Notes: generated by a model from the letters alone, not told the origin. 64,000 nucleotides of DNA from Chloroflexota bacterium (GCA_009840355.1 VXNZ01000017.1:925-64924); one strand, 5' to 3'. Positions 45,099 through 55,218 are shown, counted from the first letter of the stretch. A program made the numbers and translations.

Positions 45099-47576
45099 AT
45101 GGCCGAACAGCGAAACGAGAGATTTGCGGAGGTCGCGGTGGATGTGCCGACCGCGCCCGGTCGCACTTTCAGCTATCGCGTTCCACGGGGGATGGGCGTG
45201 TCGCCGGGCAATCTCGTGCGCATTCCGTTCGGCGCGCGCACATTGCAAGGCATAGTATTCTCGCTTGCGGATCATACGCAAGTCGCGGACGCGGACACGC
45301 GGGACATTACAAGTGTCGTATTCGATGAGCCGCTGCTCGACGATGTGCGGCTGCGGCTCGCCCGATGGATTAGCGAATACTACGTCTGCTCGCTGTTCGA
45401 GGCTGCCACGCCGATGCTGCCCCCTGGCGGTCGTGTGCGCGCCCGCGTCCATCTCACATTGAGCGACGCGGACACCGACGAAAACCGCATCACACCGCTG
45501 CAACAGCGCGTGATGGACTATATATCCAAGCGCGGCTCCGCAACCCACGATGCCGTAGTCAAGGCGCTTGGCGACGGCGCAGCCGCATCGGTCGCAAGCC
45601 TAGTACGCCGCGACATCCTAAACCGCGACTATTCCCTACCCGAACCGTCGGTTAAGCACAAGTATCGTACTCTAGTCGGCATCGCGCCCGACAGCGCATC
45701 GGACATCGACGAATGGCTTGACAATACGAGAGCGCGCAAACAGGCGGCACTTGTCGAGCATCTGCGCGAAGTCCACGAACCCATTGAAATCACCGAGGTC
45801 CGCCGCGAGTTCGGAGCAAGCATAGTCAAGACGGTCATGGATAGGGGCTGGCTCGCTACCAAGACCGTCGCCCTAGACCGAGACCCGCTAGACGGCAGGT
45901 CGTTTCCGCAGCCGTCAACAATGCGGCTCAATGTAGAGCAGTCTGAGGCAGCGACTTCGATTCACAGCTCGTTCGAGCAGACGGCTGCGCTTGGCACGAC
46001 CTTCCTCATCGAAGGTGTAACCGGCAGCGGCAAGACGGAGGTCTATTTGGACGCGGTGGACTGCTGCATCCAGATGGGTAAGCAAGCGATTGTGCTCGTT
46101 CCGGAAATCGCGCTGACATACCAGACCATCGAACGATTCGCCGCACGATTCCCGAGTAGGGTCGCCGTACTGCACAGCGGCTTGTCGGACGGCGAGCGCT
46201 TCGACCAATGGTGGAAGATACGACGCGGGCAGTACGATCTCGTCATCGGCTCGCGGAGCGCGGTGTTTGCGCCGGTGCCTGACCTTGGGCTAATCGTCAT
46301 CGACGAAGAGCACGAGTGGACTTACAAGCAGCACGACGCCGCGCCACGATACCACGCGCGGCAGGTCAGCCTGCGCCTGTCTGATATGACGCAGGCGTTG
46401 GTCGTGCTAGGCAGCGCTTCTCCGGATGTCGGCTCGTACTATGCAGGAATGAACGGCAGGTATCGGCTGCACCGGCTTACGAAGCGATTCATTGACGCGG
46501 ATGGGGACACGGACAAGGACGCGGGCGCACGCACAGCAACCACGGGCGCGATGCCCTCGGTACAGGTCGTGGATATGCGCGAAGAATTGCGCGCGGGCAA
46601 CACTAACATGTTCAGCCGCGCGCTTAACGATTCGTTGCAAGCTTGCCTAGATTCCGGCGAACAGGCGATGCTCTTTTTGAACCGGCGCGGCACTTCGTCG
46701 CACTTGCGCTGCTTCAGTTGCGGGTACAGCTTGCGCTGCCGGCACTGCGATGTCAGCGTCACCTACCACGCGGCGTCGCGGCGCTACATTTGCCACTATT
46801 GCGGACGCCGGCGATTGCCGCCGGATGTGTGCCCGCAGTGCCTAAGATCTCGCCTGCGCAACTACGGCATAGGCACGGAAGCCGTCGCAGCCGAAGTCGC
46901 GGCGCGCTTCCCCGATGTCGGCGTGCTGCGCTGGGATAGGGACATCGCCAGCAGTCCAAAAGCGCACGAAGAACTACTGACGCGATTTCGAACGGGTGAA
47001 GCGCAGGTGCTCGTCGGCACGCAGATGATCGCCAAGGGATTGCACTTCCCATCCGTGTCGCTGGTCGGTGTAGTTTCCGCCGATGTCGGGTTGACGATAC
47101 CGGACTATCGCGCCGGTGAGCGCGCCTTCCAACTGCTGCATCAGGTCGCGGGCAGGGCGGGTCGCGGCAGCACCGAAGGCAAGGTAATCATCCAAACATT
47201 CCAACCGGACAATTACGCCATACAATCGGCCGCGGCGCAGGACTATCAGCTATTCTATATGCGTGAGATGGCGTATCGCCGTCAGCAGGACAACCCGCCG
47301 TACAGCCGCCTAATTCGCCTGCTGTACACGGACACCAACCAAGCGAAGTGCGAATCCGAGGCGATACGCATGGCGACGAATTTGCGCCGGCGCAGGGCGG
47401 AATGGGACATTACCGATACGGAAGTGCTGGGACCAATGCCCGCGTTCCCGGCGCGGCTGCGTGGACGCTATCGCTGGCACATCATCCTGCGCGGCAAGAA
47501 TCCACGCGAGTTGCTGGACAAGGCAGAAGTGCCGAAGGGCTGGAATGTGGACATCGATCCGGTGGCGCTGACTTGA
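45099..47576 (+). CDS. priA: Primosomal protein N' (replication-restart helicase PriA)
   Basis: 825 aa. Contains Walker A GVTGSGKTEVY, the DEEH box and the Cys-rich Zn region (CFSCGYSLRCRHC...CHYCG...CPQC). Confidence 0.95.
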   Translation: MAEQRNERFAEVAVDVPTAPGRTFSYRVPRGMGVSPGNLVRIPFGARTLQGIVFSLADHTQVADADTRDITSVVFDEPLLDDVRLRLARWISEYYVCSLFEAATPMLPPGGRVRARVHLTLSDADTDENRITPLQQRVMDYISKRGSATHDAVVKALGDGAAASVASLVRRDILNRDYSLPEPSVKHKYRTLVGIAPDSASDIDEWLDNTRARKQAALVEHLREVHEPIEITEVRREFGASIVKTVMDRGWLATKTVALDRDPLDGRSFPQPSTMRLNVEQSEAATSIHSSFEQTAALGTTFLIEGVTGSGKTEVYLDAVDCCIQMGKQAIVLVPEIALTYQTIERFAARFPSRVAVLHSGLSDGERFDQWWKIRRGQYDLVIGSRSAVFAPVPDLGLIVIDEEHEWTYKQHDAAPRYHARQVSLRLSDMTQALVVLGSASPDVGSYYAGMNGRYRLHRLTKRFIDADGDTDKDAGARTATTGAMPSVQVVDMREELRAGNTNMFSRALNDSLQACLDSGEQAMLFLNRRGTSSHLRCFSCGYSLRCRHCDVSVTYHAASRRYICHYCGRRRLPPDVCPQCLRSRLRNYGIGTEAVAAEVAARFPDVGVLRWDRDIASSPKAHEELLTRFRTGEAQVLVGTQMIAKGLHFPSVSLVGVVSADVGLTIPDYRAGERAFQLLHQVAGRAGRGSTEGKVIIQTFQPDNYAIQSAAAQDYQLFYMREMAYRRQQDNPPYSRLIRLLYTDTNQAKCESEAIRMATNLRRRRAEWDITDTEVLGPMPAFPARLRGRYRWHIILRGKNPRELLDKAEVPKGWNVDIDPVALT

Positions 47577-47610
47577 GGGATTGCGAAACGCGATTGGTGA
47601 TGGACGAAAA

Positions 47611-47645
47611 AAAGGGACGCCCTGCCGAATGCGTGGCGTCCCTTT
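47611..47645. terminator. Bidirectional intrinsic terminator (priA / NHL gene convergent)
   Basis: A perfect 11-bp stem, AAAGGGACGCC (47611-47621) with GGCGTCCCTTT (47635-47645). The A-run upstream gives a long U-tract for the minus-strand transcript. Confidence 0.8.
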
Positions 47646-47665
47646 CTCATTTGGGCTGACCGCAA

Positions 47666-48661
47666 TTACAGGTTGAACTGCGGATCCATATAGTCCTTTT
47701 CCTTGGCGTACACTTGCAGGCGGCCACGGGTGCTGTCGGTGATGATTATGTTGTCGTCCTCATCGACTGCGATGCCGACCGGGCGATTGAACAAGCCAAG
47801 CGACCGCGTGTCCTTGACGCGGCGATATGCCTTCACCACATCCGGGTTGGACTCCACGACCTCTTTCGCCCACTTGGAGAACTCGATGGCGTCGCCTTCG
47901 AGCTGTGTGAGCACCGGTCCATCATTCTCGTATATCTTGACGAGCTTGTTGCCCCAGTCAGAGACATATACATCGCCCTCGCTGTCCACGGCAATGTCGG
48001 ACGGATGGTTGAGCGCGCCGGCAGCGCCGCTAGTCTCTTCGCCGTAGGTGGCGAGATGCTCGCCGTCGGCGGAGAACTTCTGAGCGCGGTTGTTGCCCCA
48101 GTCCGCAACATACACACCGCCGTCCGAGCCGATGGTAATGCCCCAAGGCCGGTTGAACTCGCCGGGCGCACTGCCCGCGCCGCCGAACGACGCGAGGAGC
48201 TTGCCGTCGCTGCTGAACTTCTTCACCTCGTTAGAGGCCGCGTCCGTAACATAGATGTTGTCGTCCGCGTCGCAGGCGATACCGGACGGGCTACCGAGAT
48301 TGCCATCGCCGTCCCATTCCCCCGCATTGATGCCGTCCGTGTCATAGACCTTGATTTTCTTGTCGAATTCGTCCGTGCAGTACAGGTTTCCCGCGCTGTC
48401 AACGGCGATGCTCATCGGCCAGACAAGCTCTTCGCGCGCAAAGTCGCCAATGAACTCTTCAGTTATGGTGACCTTGCCGATTCGCTTGTTGGGCGCTTGC
48501 ACGCCGCCGGCGCCTTCCTGCCCTCTGTTTAGCACATATAGAACGCCGCCCGGCGCCACTGCTACATCGGTCGGCTGCGTGAAGCCGTTGCCCGCCGCAG
48601 CATTGCGTCCGATTGCGTGGCTGAAGTTCCAAGTGCGGCCTGATACGGTTGTCGTAAGCAC
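47666..48661 (-). CDS. NHL-repeat six-bladed beta-propeller protein
   Basis: 331 aa with repeated blades (PTDVAVAPGGVLYVLNRG, PMSIAVDSAGNLYCTDEFDKKIKVY, PSGIACDADDNIYVTDAASNEV, PWGITIGSDGGVYVADWGNNR, PSDIAVDSEGDVYVSDWGN, PVGIAVDEDDNIIITD). Confidence 0.85.
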   Translation of the reverse strand: MLTTTVSGRTWNFSHAIGRNAAAGNGFTQPTDVAVAPGGVLYVLNRGQEGAGGVQAPNKRIGKVTITEEFIGDFAREELVWPMSIAVDSAGNLYCTDEFDKKIKVYDTDGINAGEWDGDGNLGSPSGIACDADDNIYVTDAASNEVKKFSSDGKLLASFGGAGSAPGEFNRPWGITIGSDGGVYVADWGNNRAQKFSADGEHLATYGEETSGAAGALNHPSDIAVDSEGDVYVSDWGNKLVKIYENDGPVLTQLEGDAIEFSKWAKEVVESNPDVVKAYRRVKDTRSLGLFNRPVGIAVDEDDNIIITDSTRGRLQVYAKEKDYMDPQFNL

Positions 48662-48768
48662 AATGTCCCCTTCCGATCTAATCCGAATTTACACTGCCAG
48701 CCCCGCAGCCCGAGTTGTCTGCGAACTGCGGGGATTGCATGGCAAGTGAACCAATGCCGAACTTCGGT

Positions 48769-49917
48769 CTAGTGGCTGCCGCCGTTGGTGTGGATGAAAG
48801 CCGGCGCCTCGAACTGCCCGTTGACCACGCTGGGCGCGTCCAACTTCATCCAGTCTTCGAGCACCGTGGAGTACACGCCGCGGAAGTCCTGGTTGGGTAC
48901 GAGGTCGCCCTGCTGCAGCGCTTCTGCGCGCGTCTCTGGGTACTCGCTATAGAAGCCGCCATTGACATTCGGCCCGATGGCGAACGCAACCCCTGCCGCA
49001 CCGTGGTCGGTGCCGGAGCCGTTGTCTCGAACCCTGCGTCCGAACTCCGAGAACATGAACATAATCACATTGTCGTCCGCGTCGTGCTCGCGCAGGTCGT
49101 CCCAGAAGTCTGCGACCGCCTCGGAGACGTCGGTCCACAACTGCGCGTGCGTAGTCGCCTGCGCCGCGTGCGTGTCGAAGCTGCCGTGGTCGGTGTAGAA
49201 GACGCGCGTGCCAACATCCGCGGTGTGAATCATGGCAATGTCCCGCAGCTTCTGCGCTATCGGGCTCGCGCCGTATTCAACACTGGACTCGTACTGGTTC
49301 GGCGCAACCTTCAGGATGTCGGCGCCCTTGAGCGCGTCAAGACCGGTCTGCCCGAGATATTCCATTACCTGCCCGCTGCCGACTGCCGGTCCGTACATAT
49401 TCGCGAAGCGTTCGAGTACCTGCTGGCGCTGCTGCTCTTGCTCTATGTTCGTGAGCAAGCCGTAAGTGGACACATCGGCAACCGAAGCGACCGAGACGCC
49501 CGGAGCTACCAGCGCGCGAGGCAGAGCCTGCCCGACGTTGAGGCCGGTTACGGGATTCTCGGAGTTGGGGTCAATCTGCTTTAGCGCGCGGCCAAGCCAG
49601 CCTTCCGTGCCAACCTTGTCCGGCTCACAGGTGTGCCAGATGTCCATCGAGCGGAAGTGCGAACGCGGCGAGTTCTCGTAGCCGATGCCGTGGATGACCG
49701 CCATGTCGCCCTTGTCGAAGACGTCCTTCATGGGCGCCATCGCCGGGTGCAAGCCGAGCTCGTCGTTGAGCTTCAGCACGCGGTTCTCGGAGATGCCGAG
49801 CGAGCGGCGGCTGTCGTAGTAGTTGCCGTCGGTGTACGGGATCACCGTGTTGAAGTAGTCGTTGCCGCCCGTGAGCTGCAGTACGACCAGAACCGGCGGT
49901 TTGTTCGTGTTTGCCAT
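48769..49917 (-). CDS. DUF1501 domain protein (sulfatase/alkaline-phosphatase-fold family of unknown function)
   Basis: Frame of ORF 48769..50148. ATG 49917 is preceded by AGGAGG. VLVVLQLTGGNDYFNTVIPY and DHGSFDTH...EFGRR..DNGSGTDHG match my memory of DUF1501. Confidence 0.8.
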   Translation of the reverse strand: MANTNKPPVLVVLQLTGGNDYFNTVIPYTDGNYYDSRRSLGISENRVLKLNDELGLHPAMAPMKDVFDKGDMAVIHGIGYENSPRSHFRSMDIWHTCEPDKVGTEGWLGRALKQIDPNSENPVTGLNVGQALPRALVAPGVSVASVADVSTYGLLTNIEQEQQRQQVLERFANMYGPAVGSGQVMEYLGQTGLDALKGADILKVAPNQYESSVEYGASPIAQKLRDIAMIHTADVGTRVFYTDHGSFDTHAAQATTHAQLWTDVSEAVADFWDDLREHDADDNVIMFMFSEFGRRVRDNGSGTDHGAAGVAFAIGPNVNGGFYSEYPETRAEALQQGDLVPNQDFRGVYSTVLEDWMKLDAPSVVNGQFEAPAFIHTNGGSH

Positions 49918-49966
49918 CTGTTTTCCTCCTAAATCAGGAAAGTGCTTGGTGTGCGATGCCCTTGGT

Positions 49967-51379
49967 TTAGCCGAACTGATACTCGCGGGTTGCGCCGATG
50001 AGCGCCAGCATTTCGCCGGTGCGCCGCGCCGAGTCGTCGTAGGAGCCTTCCCAGTCCACAGTGCCTTCGCTCTGCGCCTGGCTGAGTAGCTCGCCGCGCG
50101 TCTGGTCGGATACGGGCAGCGGACCCATCTGGTCGAGGCAGTTCTCAACGAACTCTTCCGGCGTCATAGTGGCGCCATTCGCGCCTGCGATGCGCTCGAC
50201 GATGCGCTGCACACCGGGCAGGTTCGTGTCGCTGATCCTGTCCGCGACGAAGTTGACGCGCTTGACGAGTGAGCCGCTGTTAATCCACTCGTGTCCCGTA
50301 TGCCAGCCTTCCACGCTGGGCGGGTCGAGGATGTCCTGCCCCATGTAGCCGGGCTCTCGTGCGACAGCCTCTAGGCGCGGGTCGGGACCCTGAAGGTCGC
50401 CGGTGAGCCGCAGGGTGCTGACGACAACCTCGGTCGGGTTCTTGACCTTCCTGTACATCGCGTCCTTGAAGAAGTCCGAGTTGAAAAGCACGCGCAGCAC
50501 AGGCTTGATGTCGTAATCATTCTCGACGAAAGTCTGTGCCAGAACGCGGATCGCATCCGGATTGCGCGGCTGCTCGATGTTCCACGCTGGCACCTGCGGC
50601 TCGTCTTCCACGAAGAAGTTGTACAGGTGGCGCGCGATGAAGTTCGGGCAGGCCGGCTGCTTCAGGATAATGTCGATGATGTCTTCACCGTTAAAGTTGC
50701 CGGTGTAGCCCAAGAAGGACTTGTCAGTCTCGTCATGGTCTTCCGCGCGATACTCGAACTGCCACGGATGCCTGCCGTAGGGATAGCGCGGCATCTTCGC
50801 GGAGATAGTCCAGCCGGTGAACGCGCGCGAGCACTCGTAAACATCCTGCTCGGTGTAGTTGCCCACGCCAAGCGAGAATAGCTCTAGAAGTTCGCGGCCC
50901 CAGTTCTCATTGGGCGCGACCTTGTGGTTCTCGTTATTGTCCAGCCAGTAAATCATGGCAGGATCGCTCGCCAGTTTCACCAGCAGCTCGCGGTAGTTGT
51001 CCATTCCGACATCGCGGAACATCTGAATCTGATCCAGCAGGTGGTTGCAATTGTCAACCTTGGCGTTACCGGTCGCGAACACATGGTGCCAGAAGAGCGC
51101 CATCTTCTCGTTCAGCGGCCGCTGCGTGTTGACCATGAAATACAGCCAGTTCGCCTGACCAGGCGCTGCCGCGCCGCCGGGTACTTCCGTTATCGGATGA
51201 TACCTGTACAGCGTGTACTCATCGACCGGGGGCTGGCTTTCGTAATCGAGCAGATGCTCGACCGTCGCCTCGTACCCCTGCTCTGCCATAGCCTCTAGCT
51301 CGTCGCGTGTCGCGCCAAAGCCGGCACGCCTCATAAGATGGGCTAGCAGGGCGATTTCCTCTCTATTGGACATGCGCAT
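49967..51379 (-). CDS. DUF1800 domain protein
   Basis: 470 aa. The N-terminus AHLMRRAGFGATRDELE and the FWHHVFAT motif are typical of DUF1800. It is adjacent to DUF1501, as is usual. Confidence 0.8.
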   Translation of the reverse strand: MRMSNREEIALLAHLMRRAGFGATRDELEAMAEQGYEATVEHLLDYESQPPVDEYTLYRYHPITEVPGGAAAPGQANWLYFMVNTQRPLNEKMALFWHHVFATGNAKVDNCNHLLDQIQMFRDVGMDNYRELLVKLASDPAMIYWLDNNENHKVAPNENWGRELLELFSLGVGNYTEQDVYECSRAFTGWTISAKMPRYPYGRHPWQFEYRAEDHDETDKSFLGYTGNFNGEDIIDIILKQPACPNFIARHLYNFFVEDEPQVPAWNIEQPRNPDAIRVLAQTFVENDYDIKPVLRVLFNSDFFKDAMYRKVKNPTEVVVSTLRLTGDLQGPDPRLEAVAREPGYMGQDILDPPSVEGWHTGHEWINSGSLVKRVNFVADRISDTNLPGVQRIVERIAGANGATMTPEEFVENCLDQMGPLPVSDQTRGELLSQAQSEGTVDWEGSYDDSARRTGEMLALIGATREYQFG

Positions 51380-51445
51380 ACTCCTTTCGCAACATGTTGA
51401 GTCCTATCGTCATTGACCGTTGGATGTTATTGGTCGTCGTCAAAA

Positions 51446-51961
51446 CTATAAGCGCCCCCTTTCGCCCAAAAGCACTTGCGATGCCTCTTGGCACTCGGGG
51501 CAGGTGCCGTAGTAGTCGGTGCGTAGTCGGACGATTTCATATCCCGTAGTCTGGGATACGCGGTCGAGCGGGTCGTGCGGCGCCGTGTAGTCCATGTCTT
51601 CCACCTTCTCGCACTGCAAGCAGACGAGATGCGGGTGCGACACGGGTATTCTGCCGTCGTAACGGTTCGCTGAAGCGCTGAACTCGATTTCCAGCACTTG
51701 TCCAGTCTCTTTGAGAATCTCGATGGTGTTATAAATCGTGGCAAGGCTCGTGCCGGGATACGCCGCGCACACTCCTTCGTGAATCTCGCTCGCGGACGGA
51801 TGACGATCGCTCGCCAGCAGCACTTCGAGCAGCTTCGCGCGTTTGCGTGTAACCGCAACACCCTTGTCCCTGAGCGCGGCTTTCATCTCCACTAGCCGAG
51901 ACTCCAATTCGCTTCCCCGCTCAAACGGGCTGACAGACTCTGTTGCCGCCTGTACGACCAC
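51446..51961 (-). CDS. Fur-family metalloregulator (Fur/PerR/Zur type not resolved)
   Basis: 171 aa with a GTG start. An internal ATG at 51886 is possible. It has a winged-helix N-domain (TRKRAKLLEVLL...PSASEI), an HPHLVC motif, and structural-Zn pairs CLQC...CPEC. Confidence 0.85.
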   Translation of the reverse strand: MVVQAATESVSPFERGSELESRLVEMKAALRDKGVAVTRKRAKLLEVLLASDRHPSASEIHEGVCAAYPGTSLATIYNTIEILKETGQVLEIEFSASANRYDGRIPVSHPHLVCLQCEKVEDMDYTAPHDPLDRVSQTTGYEIVRLRTDYYGTCPECQEASQVLLGERGRL

Positions 51962-51985
51962 TGCTTACCACCGATCTTGCAATAA

Positions 51986-52000
51986 TTAGAATGGTTCTAA
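51986..52000. promoter_or_regulatory. 7-1-7 inverted repeat resembling a Fur/PerR-family box upstream of the Fur-family gene
   Basis: TTAGAAT-G-GTTCTAA. Six of 7 positions are self-complementary. It lies 25 nt upstream of the GTG start at 51961 and has the same architecture as the Bacillus 7-1-7 boxes (TTATAATnATTATAA for PerR). Confidence 0.5.
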
Positions 52001-52075
52001 ATGATGATGCCTGTAAGTTATGACAACCGCGCTAACATGTCAAGCACAATTCCACAAATTGAGGAGATTTTATAA

Positions 52076-52122
52076 GTCCCTTTCCGCTTTATGGGGAAGG
52101 TTAGGATGCGGGCGAATTATCC
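52076..52122 (+). repeat. Dispersed intergenic repeat copy (hairpin plus AAGGTTAGGAT core)
   Basis: The sequence is GTCCCTTTCCGCTTTATGGGGAAGGTTAGGATGCGGGCGAATTATCC, with the core at 52097-52107. It lies in the fur/manC divergent region. Confidence 0.7.
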
Positions 52123-52338
52123 TAGCACTGCCAAGGATACACTCTGAAATGATCTTCACTTTCCACTTGCGGCGGCGATGTAAGCGGGAAGCAGAGGCAA
52201 TATCCCCCTCTCGCGCTCTGAAACTGCGTTGACCTGCCGATTTTCAGCCTCATATAATAGCAACCGCAATAGGCAATAGGAAACAACAACCGGCGCAGTC
52301 CTATACGAGAATTCGCCTGCTCCGCAGAAAGGTCATAT

Positions 52339-53820
52339 ATGCCCCTGCATCCCGTGATACTAGCCGGTGGCTCCGGCACACGCATGTGGCCGCTCTCACG
52401 CGAGGCGCACCCAAAGCAATTCCTGCGACTAATGGGCAAACATTCGCTCTTTCAGGATACGGTGCGTCGGCTCGACGGGACGCGCGATGTTACCGACCCG
52501 CTGATAATCTGCAACGAAGAGCACCGCTTTCTCGTGGCTGAACACCTGCGGCAGGTGGACAAGGACGCACTGGCAATCGCGCTCGAACCTGTCGGACGCA
52601 ACACGGCGCCAGCGTTGACCCTCGCGGCTCTGATGCTACTTGACAAAGACGCCGATTTCGCCAATGACGACCCGGTAATGCTTGTGCTGCCCGCCGACCA
52701 CGTGGTGCGAGACGCAGCGCGGTTTAGGCGGCTTGTCGAATTCGGCGCGACAGAGGCGGCGCGCAACGGCATCATCACATTCGGCATACAGCCGGACTCG
52801 CCCAAGACCGGCTACGGCTACATAAGGAAGGGCGAGCAGCAACCTCTGCAGAGCGGCGTATCTGCGTTTCAAGTCGCGGAGTTCATCGAAAAGCCCGGCG
52901 AGCAGGTCGCCCGCGAGATGCTGAACTCGGAAGCGTACCTGTGGAACAGCGGAATGTTCATGATGCGCGCGTCTGTCTGGATGCAGGAGCTTAGGCGGCA
53001 TCGCCCGGACATCGCGGATGCATGCATCGCCGCGCATGCCGTGCTTCGGCAAGACGGCGATTTCTATCGGCCGGATGCTGCGCAGTTCGCCGCCTGTCCA
53101 AGCGAGTCAATCGACTACGCCGTGATGGAGCACATGGGCAAGCGGGACTCCGATGAGGGCACGACGGGCTGCCTTGTGCTGCCGATGGATATTGGATGGA
53201 CAGACCTTGGCGCATGGTCGTCACTGTGGGAAGAGAGCGAGCGCGACGCGGGCGGCAACATCACGAAGGGCGATGTGTATGCGCGCTCAATGTCTAACTC
53301 ACTTGTCATCAGCGAAGACCGGCTTATCGCGGCGGTCGGATTGCAGGATGTCATTATCATCGAAACACCCGACGCCGTGCTCGCGGCGCACAAAGAGCGC
53401 GTCCAGGAAGTCAAGGAACTGGTCGAACAGCTCAAGCGCGACGGACGCCCGGAGCAGGAAAACCATGTGAAGATAAACCGCCCGTGGGGTTCGTTTGAGA
53501 CAGTGGACTCCGGCGATCGCTTTCAGGTCAAGCGGCTGACGATACGGCCCGGCGAGGTGCTTTCGTTGCAGATGCACCATCATCGCGCGGAACACTGGGT
53601 CGTGGTCAAGGGAACGGCGAAAGTAACGCGCGGCGACGAGGAATTCCTGCTGACAGAAAACCAATCGACCTATGTGCCGGTCGGAGTAATTCACAGGCTT
53701 GAAAATCCCGGCACGCTGCCGCTGGAGGTAGTCGAAGTGCAGACCGGCAGCTATCTCGAAGAGGACGACATTGTGCGCTTCGAGGACAGATACGACCGCC
53801 ACATCCACGATAATCTATAA
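52339..53820 (+). CDS. manC: Bifunctional mannose-1-phosphate guanylyltransferase / mannose-6-phosphate isomerase (type II PMI-GMP)
   Basis: 493 aa. Contains ILAGGSGTRMWPLSRE.HPKQF at the N-terminus and a C-terminal cupin with RPWG.F and HHRAEHWVVVKGTA. Confidence 0.9.
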   Translation: MPLHPVILAGGSGTRMWPLSREAHPKQFLRLMGKHSLFQDTVRRLDGTRDVTDPLIICNEEHRFLVAEHLRQVDKDALAIALEPVGRNTAPALTLAALMLLDKDADFANDDPVMLVLPADHVVRDAARFRRLVEFGATEAARNGIITFGIQPDSPKTGYGYIRKGEQQPLQSGVSAFQVAEFIEKPGEQVAREMLNSEAYLWNSGMFMMRASVWMQELRRHRPDIADACIAAHAVLRQDGDFYRPDAAQFAACPSESIDYAVMEHMGKRDSDEGTTGCLVLPMDIGWTDLGAWSSLWEESERDAGGNITKGDVYARSMSNSLVISEDRLIAAVGLQDVIIIETPDAVLAAHKERVQEVKELVEQLKRDGRPEQENHVKINRPWGSFETVDSGDRFQVKRLTIRPGEVLSLQMHHHRAEHWVVVKGTAKVTRGDEEFLLTENQSTYVPVGVIHRLENPGTLPLEVVEVQTGSYLEEDDIVRFEDRYDRHIHDNL

Positions 53821-53876
53821 TGGTACATAGGATTACCCAAGATTATCCGTAAGTTCGATTTCTCGAAGGTGCATAA

Positions 53877-55103
53877 ATGACGCAGCGCTCCTTGCCGGCA
53901 TCTCCATTACCCGCATCGAAAATCCCCGCCGTTCCACCGCGTATCCTACTAGGTCCCGGACCCAGCAACGCCAGCCCCAGCGTGCTGCAAGCGATGATGC
54001 AGCCGATGATAGGGTATCTCGATCCCGATTTCATGCTGATAATGGACGAAGTGCGCGAGCTGCTGCAGCGCGTGTTCCAGACGGATGACGCGAACACGCT
54101 GGCGATTTCAGGCACGGGGTCGTCCGGCATGGAAGCCGGTCTAAGCAGCCTCCTGGAACCGGGCGATACGGTCGTCATGTGCATTTACGGCTTTTTCTGC
54201 GAACGCATGGTGGAAATGGCAACCCGCATTGGCGCGAACGTTGTGCCGCTGCGCGCCGATTGGGGACGCCCATTCCCTGAAGAAATGCTGAAGTCCGAAC
54301 TGAAAAAGCACACAAATGTGAAGATGGTAACCGCCATCCACGCGGAGACATCGACAGGCGTGCGCCAACCTATGTCAGACATAGCGCGGCTCGCCAAAGA
54401 GCATGACGCGCTCTTCATGGTTGACACAGTAACATCGCTTGGCGGCAACGAAGTCGCGTTCGACGAGTGGGATGCGGACTACACATATTCAGCAACGCAG
54501 AAGTGCCTCGGATGCCCGCCGGGTCTTTCGCCGGTCGCATTGAGCCAGCGCGCGCTGCAATCGATACGCTACCGAAGTCAGCTGCCGGTGTCGTGGTATC
54601 TCGATTTGAACCTGCTGGGCAATTACTGGGGCTGGACGGAGCCGCGTGTATATCATCACACCGCGCCGGTGAGCATGATACTCGCGCTGAGGCAAGGCTT
54701 GCGGCTTGCGCTGTCCGAAGGCTTGGAGAACAGGTTTGAACGACACGCGCGCAACGCAAGGGCTTTGAGCGCCGGGCTGGAAGCGCTCGGACTAGAGTGC
54801 GTGGTGCCGCAGGAACATCGGCTTGCGCAGATAACGGTCGTGGGCATACCGGATGGCGTGGAAGACACGCCGGTGCGGCAGAGATTGCTGCGAGGTTTCG
54901 GCATCGAAATCGGCGGCGGCTTGGGCGAACTGGCAGGCAAGGTGTGGCGCGTGGGGCTGATGGGGGAATCAAGCAAGGCGGAGTATGTGCTGGCACTGCT
55001 GTCCGCGCTGGAAGCGGTGCTGCCGGAATTCGGCTACGAAGTGGCAAGCGGCGCAGGCGTATCCGCAGCAAGTAGCGAACTTGGCACAGCGGCAATGTCA
55101 TAG
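53877..55103 (+). CDS. Class-V aminotransferase (alanine/serine-glyoxylate aminotransferase family)
   Basis: 408 aa. Contains ISGTGSSGMEA, HAETSTGV, VDTVTSLGG and SATQKCLGCPPG (PLP Lys). Confidence 0.85.
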   Translation: MTQRSLPASPLPASKIPAVPPRILLGPGPSNASPSVLQAMMQPMIGYLDPDFMLIMDEVRELLQRVFQTDDANTLAISGTGSSGMEAGLSSLLEPGDTVVMCIYGFFCERMVEMATRIGANVVPLRADWGRPFPEEMLKSELKKHTNVKMVTAIHAETSTGVRQPMSDIARLAKEHDALFMVDTVTSLGGNEVAFDEWDADYTYSATQKCLGCPPGLSPVALSQRALQSIRYRSQLPVSWYLDLNLLGNYWGWTEPRVYHHTAPVSMILALRQGLRLALSEGLENRFERHARNARALSAGLEALGLECVVPQEHRLAQITVVGIPDGVEDTPVRQRLLRGFGIEIGGGLGELAGKVWRVGLMGESSKAEYVLALLSALEAVLPEFGYEVASGAGVSAASSELGTAAMS

Positions 55104-55183
55104 GCGTGAATGCGGATTGACAGGCTAGAACGCACAGATGGCGCGCCGGAAAGTCTCGCTACGGACCTTATTGGTCAGCATAT

Positions 55184-55218
55184 CAAAAGTGGACTGGCGT
55201 TTTGCTAGTCCACTTTTG
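55184..55218. terminator. Bidirectional hairpin terminator (aminotransferase / hup convergent)
   Basis: A perfect 12-bp stem, CAAAAGTGGACT (55184-55195) with AGTCCACTTTTG (55207-55218). Confidence 0.7.

Noticed and set aside
52020-52232. A 70-aa ORF, and also the tail of ORF 1508..1861, that read through repeat copies (peptides like ...SLSALWGRLGCGRI..., ...SPFPFMREG).
   Set aside because: These ORFs are created by the dispersed intergenic repeat. They have no RBS, lie in divergent promoter or terminator regions, and have no conserved protein features.
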